In this document: one piece after another, positions 37,883 through 46,541 of the stretch
How positions within the stretch are numbered: position 1 is the stretch's first letter
Layout: each line of letters starts with the position of its first letter
Assembly: GCA_050173895.1 (NCBI GenBank)
Contig: JBFXKJ010000001.1
Coordinates: forward strand, 12,732-76,731
Source of the DNA: Mangrovibacterium sp.
Lineage (GTDB): Bacteria > Bacteroidota > Bacteroidia > Bacteroidales > Prolixibacteraceae
Length of the DNA stretch: 64,000 nucleotides
Reading direction: 5' to 3'
Notes under the pieces: generated by a model
Told to the model about the DNA's origin: nothing
The model's input: the letters and a program-made list of their open reading frames with translations, nothing else
Database searches by the model: none
Program-made: the position numbers and the translations under genes

Positions 37883-39265
37883 TTATTGGTTAAGAAAATT
37901 CTTCAATCCGTAAATTTCAATCGCGTTCGTCCTAAGTAACTTTTCAATGATTACCATCGCTTCCTTTTCACTGATGTATCCGCTCCGTACCATTACTATT
38001 AAAGTATTTTCAACTGTTTCCCGGGCCATCACCGATGCAGCATAAACCCCTTCGGGCGTATGGCAATCGCCTCCAAAAGCAACGATCTTATTGTTAGGGA
38101 CTGTTTCAAGGAATTCTTGAATATACCGTTGGGTGTAGGATGGAGAGATAGATGCCGACCAGGCAAGATCAATGAAAACATTCGGGAAATTTTTCGCCAG
38201 TGCTGCCAGCTCGCCACCGTAAGGGTAAGCTGCATGGAGTAAAGCAAAGCGGACTTCCGGAAATTTAAAAAATGCTTCAGTCAGACCAGTTGGATTTGAA
38301 TTGGTAATATAATTTCCGTTAAACGTTTGCAGGCCCGTATGTATCTGAACGGGAAGTTTGTATTGGTTGCATTTGGAAAAAACGTAAAACAGAAGATAAT
38401 CCTGCAGTGGCTTAACTTCGTCAAAGGCCAATTCGTCCCGTTTGTTGCCTTGCAGCTTTTCAAAGATTTCCATCGCTTTTTCTCGCGGAACAGCATCACA
38501 TTGCAGGGTTCGTTTGTAAGCCATCATTACTTTTAAACCGATTGCTCCCTTCACGAATAACTGGCGATGAATGATTGTATCAATAATCTGCTCATATCCG
38601 GAGAGCGTTTCGACAGGGAGTTGTCCTGCATTTTTACATAACGAGGCAATTTGACGGTAACTATTCAGAAGATAAATTTCATCAGACCAATAAAGGCTTT
38701 TAAAATACAGGGCATCCTGTTTGGCCGGATCATCGTTGTATCCGACCAGGATGCTTAAATCTATTTTTGCTTTTGTTTTTAGAACATATTCATAATAGTC
38801 TTTCCTTTCCCGAAGCTTTGCAATTCGCATGGAGAGCTCTTTGTAGGTATTTTCATTCAATTCAGTAATGCCAAAAAGATCTCTTGCTGCAATACTGACC
38901 ATCCGCCCATAACCCGTTACTTTCACGTGATCCCAATGGTCTTTGATCATATCCCACTTTACATCCGGACTTAAGGCCGGATTTCTCATGCAATCTTCCA
39001 GCTCTTTTCCGGTACTCTCCGATCCAGAAGAGATCAGGTCAGAACACTGGTAATTATTAAAGAGGCAACCAATATCTCCGCTTAATGTTGCCGATTGCTT
39101 TTCGCTCATTAAATGCTCATGCGAATCGATGATCCGGAGATCGTAAACCGCCTGATGAATGCGTCCTTCGAATCCTGCTTCGGGAGAAGGGTATATTTTT
39201 ACCTGACCCGATGCCGCTAACCCATAACAACAGTATCCGGCGAGTAGGATGATAATTTTTTTCAT
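37883..39265 (-). CDS. Secreted amidohydrolase-superfamily (amidohydrolase_2-like) protein
   Basis: Contains the IIDSHEHL metal motif and downstream HTG/HAAYP segments. The signal peptide is MKKIIILLAGYCCYGLAASGQ. The ATG at 39265 is preferred because the track start at 39286 is a TTG. Confidence 0.6.
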   Translation of the reverse strand: MKKIIILLAGYCCYGLAASGQVKIYPSPEAGFEGRIHQAVYDLRIIDSHEHLMSEKQSATLSGDIGCLFNNYQCSDLISSGSESTGKELEDCMRNPALSPDVKWDMIKDHWDHVKVTGYGRMVSIAARDLFGITELNENTYKELSMRIAKLRERKDYYEYVLKTKAKIDLSILVGYNDDPAKQDALYFKSLYWSDEIYLLNSYRQIASLCKNAGQLPVETLSGYEQIIDTIIHRQLFVKGAIGLKVMMAYKRTLQCDAVPREKAMEIFEKLQGNKRDELAFDEVKPLQDYLLFYVFSKCNQYKLPVQIHTGLQTFNGNYITNSNPTGLTEAFFKFPEVRFALLHAAYPYGGELAALAKNFPNVFIDLAWSASISPSYTQRYIQEFLETVPNNKIVAFGGDCHTPEGVYAASVMARETVENTLIVMVRSGYISEKEAMVIIEKLLRTNAIEIYGLKNFLNQ

Positions 39266-39306
39266 ATAAAAGATATTGGTTGCCAAAGTTGCTGTTTGTC
39301 GATGTT

Positions 39307-40758
39307 TTAATATCCCGGATTTTGTTGGCCTATGGATGGATTATTATCCATTTCCTGCTGCGGGATAGGGAAAAGCAGAAAATTATCCGAAATCACAACC
39401 CCTTTTGCTTCCAGGGTAACTTGCTTCACTGTTTTCGTGCGGATCAGGTCAAACCAACGTTTATGTTCGCAAAGGAATTCATAGGCTCTTTCCCTCAGAA
39501 CAAGATCTCTAAAAGCCTGAGCAGTTGGTGCTGTCTGTAAGGTAAAATCTACAGGAGAAACAGCCGCAGGAGGATATCCATAGGCCCTTCTGTGTACCAT
39601 GTTCAGTCTTTCTAAGGCCAGTTGAGTAGGGCCATTATTAATTTGATTGTCGGCTTCAGCAAAAATTAACAAGACCTCCGGGTACCGATAAATAGGAAAA
39701 TCATTTCCATGTCCCGGAGCAAAGCCCGGATCTTTGAATTTACCAAACAGGAGCGGACGGTCAGATGGATTCTGTACAATCGTCCCGTCTTTTTTGGGAT
39801 AAGAAGTATAGATATTAAACTGCCATCTCAGGTCATTATGATCCCAGTCCCTTAAAAGAGGGAAAGTCGGTAATCCATAGAATGATCCCCATCCGTCGGA
39901 CGAAAATGCACTGTTTGCTAATGCATACTGTTGCGGAATAGAGGAACTTCCGTTTGACCTGGAGTATTTCAATGAAAAAGCATCTTCGGAAGAAGTATTC
40001 GCGGTTGGTCCGAAAATTAGCTCAAAATCACTTGCTTTGGTTACGGGCACCAACGAATAAACCCCTGAAGTAATTATTTCGTTGGCCTTGGTGAGGGCTT
40101 CCTGCCATTTCTCTGTATACAAAAAGACATCAGCGAGCATGGTTTTGGCTGACCATTTCGTAGGTCTGCCGACGAGCTGCTGAGCATTCGGTAAATTTGT
40201 CTCCGCATACTTCAAATCTTCTACAACCAATGTATAAACTTCTTCCGGCGTAGCTCTTTTGATCGATGTTTGGGAAACGCTCTCAACTGGTTCTGTTCTT
40301 AAAGGAACTCCGCCCCAACTCCTGACAAGAAGGTAATAAGACAAAGCCCTCAAAAAACGCGCCTCACCCAACAGTGCTTTTTTTACAGTCTCGTCCATCT
40401 CAATAGGGGGAACGTATTTTAAAACAAGATTTGCATTTCGGATGGCTTCATAGAAGGCTTTATAAGCATTGTCGGTTCTCCCAATACTGGATGAATTCAT
40501 CACACCCTCAGTTAAAGAGGCGTAAATTCCCGTACCAATTGCATAATCTTCGACGCCGGTAAACTGTCCACCCCAGTCGATGAAACTGTAGGTTGACCGG
40601 ATCGGATTATAAATTGCATAAACAGCCGATTCGGCGTCTTCTTTTGTTTTATAGAAATTGACCGAGGACAGGCTGCTTTTGGGATCTTCAGTAAGCAACT
40701 CATCACATGAAACAAAACAAAGGAAGGTGAGAGGTAAGATGCACTTCAATATTTTCAT
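39307..40758 (-). CDS. susD: SusD/RagB-family nutrient-binding outer-membrane lipoprotein
   Basis: Has a lipoprotein signal (LTFLCFVSC) and a TPR-like SusD pattern (RALSYYLLVRSWGGVPL). It lies immediately downstream of the SusC-like gene. Confidence 0.88.
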   Translation of the reverse strand: MKILKCILPLTFLCFVSCDELLTEDPKSSLSSVNFYKTKEDAESAVYAIYNPIRSTYSFIDWGGQFTGVEDYAIGTGIYASLTEGVMNSSSIGRTDNAYKAFYEAIRNANLVLKYVPPIEMDETVKKALLGEARFLRALSYYLLVRSWGGVPLRTEPVESVSQTSIKRATPEEVYTLVVEDLKYAETNLPNAQQLVGRPTKWSAKTMLADVFLYTEKWQEALTKANEIITSGVYSLVPVTKASDFELIFGPTANTSSEDAFSLKYSRSNGSSSIPQQYALANSAFSSDGWGSFYGLPTFPLLRDWDHNDLRWQFNIYTSYPKKDGTIVQNPSDRPLLFGKFKDPGFAPGHGNDFPIYRYPEVLLIFAEADNQINNGPTQLALERLNMVHRRAYGYPPAAVSPVDFTLQTAPTAQAFRDLVLRERAYEFLCEHKRWFDLIRTKTVKQVTLEAKGVVISDNFLLFPIPQQEMDNNPSIGQQNPGY

Positions 40759-40776
40759 AACAGTGGTTTTATATTA

Positions 40777-43700
40777 TTAGAACTGAAGGCTTGCGCCAAA
40801 GGTGTATATTTTTGGTATCGGATAACCTAAGTTATCAATGCCATTGGAAAAAGAGGTGCTGCCACCCCTGGTATTGACTTCAGGATCATACCAGGAATAG
40901 TTGGTCAGTGTCAGAAGATTCTGTCCGCTTACATATATTTCCCCTTTTATTCCAATCTTCGGAAAGGAAAAATTATATCCCAGTTGGATGTTTTTCAACC
41001 TTAGGTACGAACCGTCTTCAACAAAACGGTCGGATGCTGAGAAAACAGTTTTGGTACTGATTTTGGGATATTTCGCGTTTGGATCAGGATTAGCTGTAGA
41101 CCAGTGGTTGGAATACACCTCTTTCAACTGGTTTTCGCCAAAATAGAAACTGTTCCCAACCGAAGTAATGTTCACATTGAAAATATCACCTCCTGAAACC
41201 CCTTGAAACATAAAATCGAGGTCAAACTTTTTGTAACTTAACGTTGACCGCAGGTTATAGGTAAAATCCGGATTCGGATCTCCTATGATAGTTCTGTCAC
41301 CAGTCGTAATACCGGGTTTTCCATCTGTATCCTTGTATTTTATGGCCCCCGTGTTGTCCAGTCCATCTTCCAGGTACCCATAAAATACTCCAACTGGCTC
41401 TCCTTCTCGGAGCATGTTTACTGAAACAGCTAATGGCTGAGGAATTGCATCTCCCATAATATCGCTTCCACCAGGCAATGAAACCACTTCACTTTTATTT
41501 TTCGTAAAATTGGCATTGACCGACCATTTAAATTTCCTGTCTGAAATCACAGCAAACAAGCCTGCTTCGATACCTTTATTCTGAATCTTTCCCACATTGC
41601 TGATTGTGTTTTTATAACCGGATGAAGTGGGAAGCTGAGTATAAGCCAGCAGATCCCTGGTATCTTTCTGATAATAATCGATGGTAACCGAAATCCTGTC
41701 ATTCAAAATCCCAAGGTCAATTCCGGCATTTGCCTGGCTGGTCTTCTCCCATTCCAGATCAGGATTTGCCAGGTTCCTGTTGTTCGGCGCGAAACCAATA
41801 TACCGGCTGTCGTTAAAAACAGTTGAATATGTTTGTAAGGTATTTAAGGTTTGATATGGACTTATACCGGTATTACCAGTGATCCCCCACGAAAGCCTAA
41901 ATTTTAAATTGGAAATTGTTTCCGTATTCATCCCTTTCATGAAGTCTTCATTCATGATCCGCCAGGCAATAGCTGCAGAAGGAAAGTATCCCCATCTGTT
42001 TCCCTTCGCAAATCTCGATGAACCATCGCTTCTGACACTCGCCGTAAGCAAATAGGTGTCCTTATAGGAATAATTGATTCTACCGAGAAAAGATAATAAA
42101 ACCCAATTCGACAAGTTACTGGCAGGCATTGACACCTGGCTTCCTGCACCGAGATTATATTCTCCCATCTCATCGGTTAGAAAACCGGTGACTGACCCTG
42201 TGTTATAAGTCAAAATTTCATTTTCCTGATAAGTAACACCAGCCAATGCATTTATATTGTGGATGTTATTGAAATTTTTCGTGTATGTCAGTATATTTTC
42301 ATTCAAGATGTTCATCATATCCATAGAAGAAATACGACCACTGCCTGTTGGAGTTCGATCGAGTGATTTTGAAGAGTAATAATTTTCGCGTGAAACATCC
42401 GATTCAATCCCAATGGAAGTCTTAAATATAAGATCTTTAACAGGTTCATATGCCAGGGTCGAATTCACCATCACATTTTTTGAGTCCGTGAGCTGTTTGC
42501 GTTCCTTTGCCATGGCTAAAGGATTATCAAGCTCATTAGGGCTGAAACTATATGCTCTTACTTCGCTATATTGACCGTTCTCGGTATAAGGAGCGATGGT
42601 TGGAGGTGCAACGAGTGCCGCCGACAAAGTTGTACCTCCTTTCTGACCATTAATATCGATCGTATATAAATCGCTATGCATCAGATTCGTATTTAGGCTA
42701 AGTGTGAATTTCTTACTAACCTTTCTCGAAATATTTACCCGGATGGAAATCTTATTCAGAGAGGAATTAGGAATGATGCCATTCTGATCGAAGATATTTC
42801 CCGAAATGAAATACTGGGTATCGTCGCTTCCACCGGAAAAACTGAGAAAGTGGTTTTGCATTGGAGCTGCCCGGAACAGTTCATCCTGCCAATTTGTGCC
42901 TTCAGAAAAAGAGTTGACATCGTCTTGAGTAAAGTAGGGGGTTCCGCCATCATTTGCTGCGCGTTCATTGGCAATTTCCGCAAACTCGCGCGCGTTCATC
43001 ATGTCTATTGTTTCCGATACTTCCTGTACCGCATAGTAACTGTCGAGAACAACATTCGTCTTCCCTATTTTACCACTTTTTGTTGTAATCAGGATCACGC
43101 CGTTAGCTCCCCTCGAACCGTAGATTGCAGTCGATGAAGCATCCTTCAGGATTTCTATGGACTGAATATCATTTGGATTTATAGAGCCAGGAGTACCTGC
43201 CAGGGCAAAACCATCCACTACATACAATGGCTCATTGTTTCCCATAATCGAATTACTCCCGCGTATACGAACGTTTATTGGAGCGCCCGGAGCGCCTGAA
43301 TTCGGTACTACTGAGACGCCAGGGGTCTTGCCCTGAAGTCCCATTTGCGGGCCTGAAACCGGATACTGGACAATGTCATCAGATGAGATTGATGATACAG
43401 AGCCTGTTACATCTGACTTTTTTAACGATTGATATCCGATGGCAACGACCTCTTCAATTCCAATTGCTTCTTCTTTCATGGTTACATTAATGTCCTTTTT
43501 GCCACCGGCAGCAATTTCCTGCGTTTTCATTCCTACAAACGAAAATACGAGTATACCGTTACCAGGCACATCGACAAGTGAATAATTTCCTTGAGCATCA
43601 GTAATGGTTCCTTGGGTTGTGTTTTTTACAGATACTGTGACTCCGGGTAGGGGAGCGCCTGAAGAGTCGGTGACCTTGCCGGACACTGAGTGTTGTTGTT

Positions 43701-44088
43701 GTATCGTGAGATCTTTCCCTGGTGACAATACGATTTGCCGGTTTTTTACGACATAGGTAATGTCTGTTCCTTCAAAAAGCAGGTCCAACACTTTTTCTAC
43801 CGAGCTATTCAGTACGTTGATACTCAGCTTCCTGTTCACATCAATCATTTCAGCCGAATACAGAAAATAAAAATCGCTTTTTTCTTCAATGGTTTCCAGT
43901 ACTTGTTCTACTGTTTCGTTTTTTAGTTCCAGCGATAACCTGGTTGTTTGTGAATAGCTTTCGGAAGCGATTGTTCCCAAAAACGAAAGCAGGATCATTA
44001 TGAATGTCAGTTTCATTTTCAATAAGATTTTAGTTGTACCCGGGAATATCCTTTCACGGGTATAGTAATCCCATGCTTTTTTTTTCAT
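40777..44088 (-). CDS. susC: SusC/RagA-family TonB-linked outer-membrane transporter with an N-terminal STN signalling domain
   Basis: An STN-like segment (VEQVLETIEEKSDFYFLY...) is followed by a carboxypeptidase-regulatory-like domain (VSGKVTDSSGAPLPGVTVSVK), a plug and a barrel ending ...TFGASLQF. An alternative start is M25 (44016). Confidence 0.9.
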   Translation of the reverse strand: MKKKAWDYYTRERIFPGTTKILLKMKLTFIMILLSFLGTIASESYSQTTRLSLELKNETVEQVLETIEEKSDFYFLYSAEMIDVNRKLSINVLNSSVEKVLDLLFEGTDITYVVKNRQIVLSPGKDLTIQQQHSVSGKVTDSSGAPLPGVTVSVKNTTQGTITDAQGNYSLVDVPGNGILVFSFVGMKTQEIAAGGKKDINVTMKEEAIGIEEVVAIGYQSLKKSDVTGSVSSISSDDIVQYPVSGPQMGLQGKTPGVSVVPNSGAPGAPINVRIRGSNSIMGNNEPLYVVDGFALAGTPGSINPNDIQSIEILKDASSTAIYGSRGANGVILITTKSGKIGKTNVVLDSYYAVQEVSETIDMMNAREFAEIANERAANDGGTPYFTQDDVNSFSEGTNWQDELFRAAPMQNHFLSFSGGSDDTQYFISGNIFDQNGIIPNSSLNKISIRVNISRKVSKKFTLSLNTNLMHSDLYTIDINGQKGGTTLSAALVAPPTIAPYTENGQYSEVRAYSFSPNELDNPLAMAKERKQLTDSKNVMVNSTLAYEPVKDLIFKTSIGIESDVSRENYYSSKSLDRTPTGSGRISSMDMMNILNENILTYTKNFNNIHNINALAGVTYQENEILTYNTGSVTGFLTDEMGEYNLGAGSQVSMPASNLSNWVLLSFLGRINYSYKDTYLLTASVRSDGSSRFAKGNRWGYFPSAAIAWRIMNEDFMKGMNTETISNLKFRLSWGITGNTGISPYQTLNTLQTYSTVFNDSRYIGFAPNNRNLANPDLEWEKTSQANAGIDLGILNDRISVTIDYYQKDTRDLLAYTQLPTSSGYKNTISNVGKIQNKGIEAGLFAVISDRKFKWSVNANFTKNKSEVVSLPGGSDIMGDAIPQPLAVSVNMLREGEPVGVFYGYLEDGLDNTGAIKYKDTDGKPGITTGDRTIIGDPNPDFTYNLRSTLSYKKFDLDFMFQGVSGGDIFNVNITSVGNSFYFGENQLKEVYSNHWSTANPDPNAKYPKISTKTVFSASDRFVEDGSYLRLKNIQLGYNFSFPKIGIKGEIYVSGQNLLTLTNYSWYDPEVNTRGGSTSFSNGIDNLGYPIPKIYTFGASLQF

Positions 44089-44256
44089 ATTTTTGTTTTG
44101 ATATGGTTTGAAAAATGGTCAAAAATGTTTTTTTGACGTTTTTTGAATCGCGGGCAGGGAAATGCGCGACCATTTTCCTGCTTTTTTGGTTTGGTTTGTC
44201 TCTTTTTTATATCATAGGCAATTTATTTAGATTCAGATTCGCTTTATTGGTGACAT

Positions 44257-45297
44257 TTACTTCTTTTTTAGTCCAATCACTAATTTTTGTTTAGAGAAAC
44301 TTCCATCAGGTAATTTTTTCTCTGGAATAAGCGTATAACTGACCGGTGTGGCTAAGGCCATCAGTTCGAGTGTCTGTGACAATGTTTCAGTGGAAAAAGT
44401 CGCAGTGTATGTTAATCGCTTTATTTCTTCGCTGGTAAATTCCACATCGATATTGTACCACCGTTCCAGCTTTTTCGCAACCTCTGCAATCGGGTCCCGT
44501 TTAAACACCAGCAAACCATCTTTCCACGCGATGTTTTTTTCTGTGTCTGATTTTTCAACAATGTATTCGTTGCTTTTTGTATCAAAAGTCACACATTCGT
44601 CGGGTAACATGGTCTTTATTTCGCGCCCTGTGCTTTCGAAAAGAATAACCGTTCCCTCTATAAGAGTTGTTTCAACTATGTCGTCATCCGGATAGAAACT
44701 GACATTAAAAGTTGTACCCGTAGCTTTAACAGCTACATGATCGGTCTCCACAATAAAAGGAATTTTGCTGTTATGCGCGACCTCAAAATAGGCTTCCCCC
44801 GATAGAAATACTTTCCGGGTGTCACTGATAAAACGGGAAGGATATTTTAATACCGTACTGCTGTTTAACCAGACTTTGGTACCATCTCCCAATTCAATAT
44901 GTAATCGCGAACCGGAGGGCGCTGTAATTTCCAAATCATTTAAATTACTGCCGTATTGAGTCTCAGGCAGATTTGTATAAATCAACAGCGCCAATACAGG
45001 TGGAAGCAATGCGGCAGCGACACGTGTCATGATTGTCCATATCTTTTTCTTTTGTTGCCCTTCTCTGAACTTGTCTGCACCCTGATCATCATTAATTTGG
45101 CGATGAACTTTGTCCAGTACCCTGTAATATTTTATTTTTTCCTGAGGTCCGACTTTCGGTTCGAATTCATCCCATGCTTCTTTTATTACAGCTTTGCCGG
45201 CGGTAGTTCGGAATTTTTCCCTTATCCAGAAGAAGAGTTGGTCAGATTCCTCTTCTGTACAGTTTCCCTCCAGGTATTTAATTAGTAGATTTTTCAC
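44257..45297 (-). CDS. FecR-family anti-sigma factor
   Basis: 346 aa with an N-terminal cytoplasmic segment (IKYLEGNCTEEE...W), a single TM and a periplasmic FecR domain. It lies between the ECF sigma and the STN-SusC gene. Confidence 0.85.
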   Translation of the reverse strand: MKNLLIKYLEGNCTEEESDQLFFWIREKFRTTAGKAVIKEAWDEFEPKVGPQEKIKYYRVLDKVHRQINDDQGADKFREGQQKKKIWTIMTRVAAALLPPVLALLIYTNLPETQYGSNLNDLEITAPSGSRLHIELGDGTKVWLNSSTVLKYPSRFISDTRKVFLSGEAYFEVAHNSKIPFIVETDHVAVKATGTTFNVSFYPDDDIVETTLIEGTVILFESTGREIKTMLPDECVTFDTKSNEYIVEKSDTEKNIAWKDGLLVFKRDPIAEVAKKLERWYNIDVEFTSEEIKRLTYTATFSTETLSQTLELMALATPVSYTLIPEKKLPDGSFSKQKLVIGLKKK

Positions 45298-45433
45298 TAT
45301 TTGTTTGCCGTTACGTTATTTTCGTATGCATTTTTAGCTTCCTTTCATTCTTGCTTGTATCCGTAGAACGCTTAACCAGAGAAACGCCATTACTTTGGAT
45401 GTGAAAAAAAATGCAGCAGTAGAAAATCCTGTT

Positions 45434-46024
45434 TTACAGGAAAAGGCATATAAAGAGGAAATTTACAAACAACGACTGATCGATATTTTGACGGAGATAC
45501 CGTAATGCTTTTACCATATGAACTTCGACCGTATTTTTCGATATCCCCAATTGCTTTGCTATTTCAGGATAGCTTAACCCTTTTTCCCGGTGCATTTGGA
45601 AAACCTGTTTTTGCCGTTCCGGCAAACGATCGATCAATTTTTGAACTTGACTGTTCAGCTCGTAAAACTCTAACTCACTGATACTGTCAGGAGCAGAATG
45701 GATATCTGAAAAATTCTTCAGGTATTCCTGGTACTTTTTATCAACGGAACGTTTCCTGATAACGCTTATGGAACTATGGTAGGCGACAGTGAAAACATAT
45801 GAGTTCAGTGATTTGAAATCTTCAAATTTGTTCCGCGATTCCCATATTTTAATGAAGATTCCCTGTACGATATCCTCTGCTTCCAGGTCATCTTTGAGAA
45901 TCCTGCTGATAAATGCGAAAAGCTTATGGAAATACCATTCATAAATCTGATCAAAAGCCTGCACATCATTTTTTTTTAAACGCACCAGCAATTCTTGTGT
46001 AATATTTTCTTTACCGGAAGACAA
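45434..46024 (-). CDS. ECF RNA polymerase sigma-70 factor
   Basis: Region 2 (DVQAFDQIYEWYFHKLFAF...AEDIVQGIFIKIW) and the region 4 HTH (QKQVFQMHREKGLSYPEIAKQLGISKNTVEVHM) are both present. The only in-frame start after the upstream stop is the TTG at 46024. Confidence 0.85.
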   Translation of the reverse strand: MSSGKENITQELLVRLKKNDVQAFDQIYEWYFHKLFAFISRILKDDLEAEDIVQGIFIKIWESRNKFEDFKSLNSYVFTVAYHSSISVIRKRSVDKKYQEYLKNFSDIHSAPDSISELEFYELNSQVQKLIDRLPERQKQVFQMHREKGLSYPEIAKQLGISKNTVEVHMVKALRYLRQNIDQSLFVNFLFICLFL

Positions 46025-46206
46025 TGCTTGATCAGATTAGAGAGTTTAAACTGCTAAAGTAAAAAATATTTGAAAGAAACGAATTGAGAGAGCCAAAGCT
46101 CTCTTACAAGAGCATGAATTTTGCGAATAAGAGAGAATAGTGGAAAACTTATTTGGATACTGTCGATGCTTGAGTAAAAATCTACCGAGTGACTATTATC
46201 TCTTAG

Positions 46207-46359
46207 TCACCTGATAGACACCAGATCTTCACACATGTCGCGATCGGGAATATAACGGTAGGCAAAGGAAGAAAAGATCGCGGAGTTTTCTTTGAAGAAG
46301 TCTTCAAAGCTGACCGACTCTCCGTTTTGAACCCGTATGGTGTTGCGAATACCCGGCAT
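46207..46359 (-). pseudogene. ECF sigma factor N-terminal fragment (50 codons)
   Basis: Hand translation gives MPGIRNTIRVQNGESVSFEDFFKENSAIFSSFAYRYIPDRDMCEDLVSIR-stop. It is colinear with residues ~13-55 of the intact sigma at 45434-46024 (VRLKKNDVQAFDQIYEWYFHKLFAFISRILKDDLEAEDIV). Confidence 0.55.
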
Positions 46360-46541
46360 TAAATAAGGTTAGCAAGTCAATACAAATTTAACTAATATTT
46401 TTAGAATTTTGATTGACAGGGCATTCAAAAGAGGGGAGGGGCTGGAAATTTTTGTCTGACGGTTGGTTGATGGTTCGCTGATCGTTCAGTGCTCCTTCGC
46501 TGATGGTTGGGTGATGGATATCCCGTTGGCGCCTGACAGAA

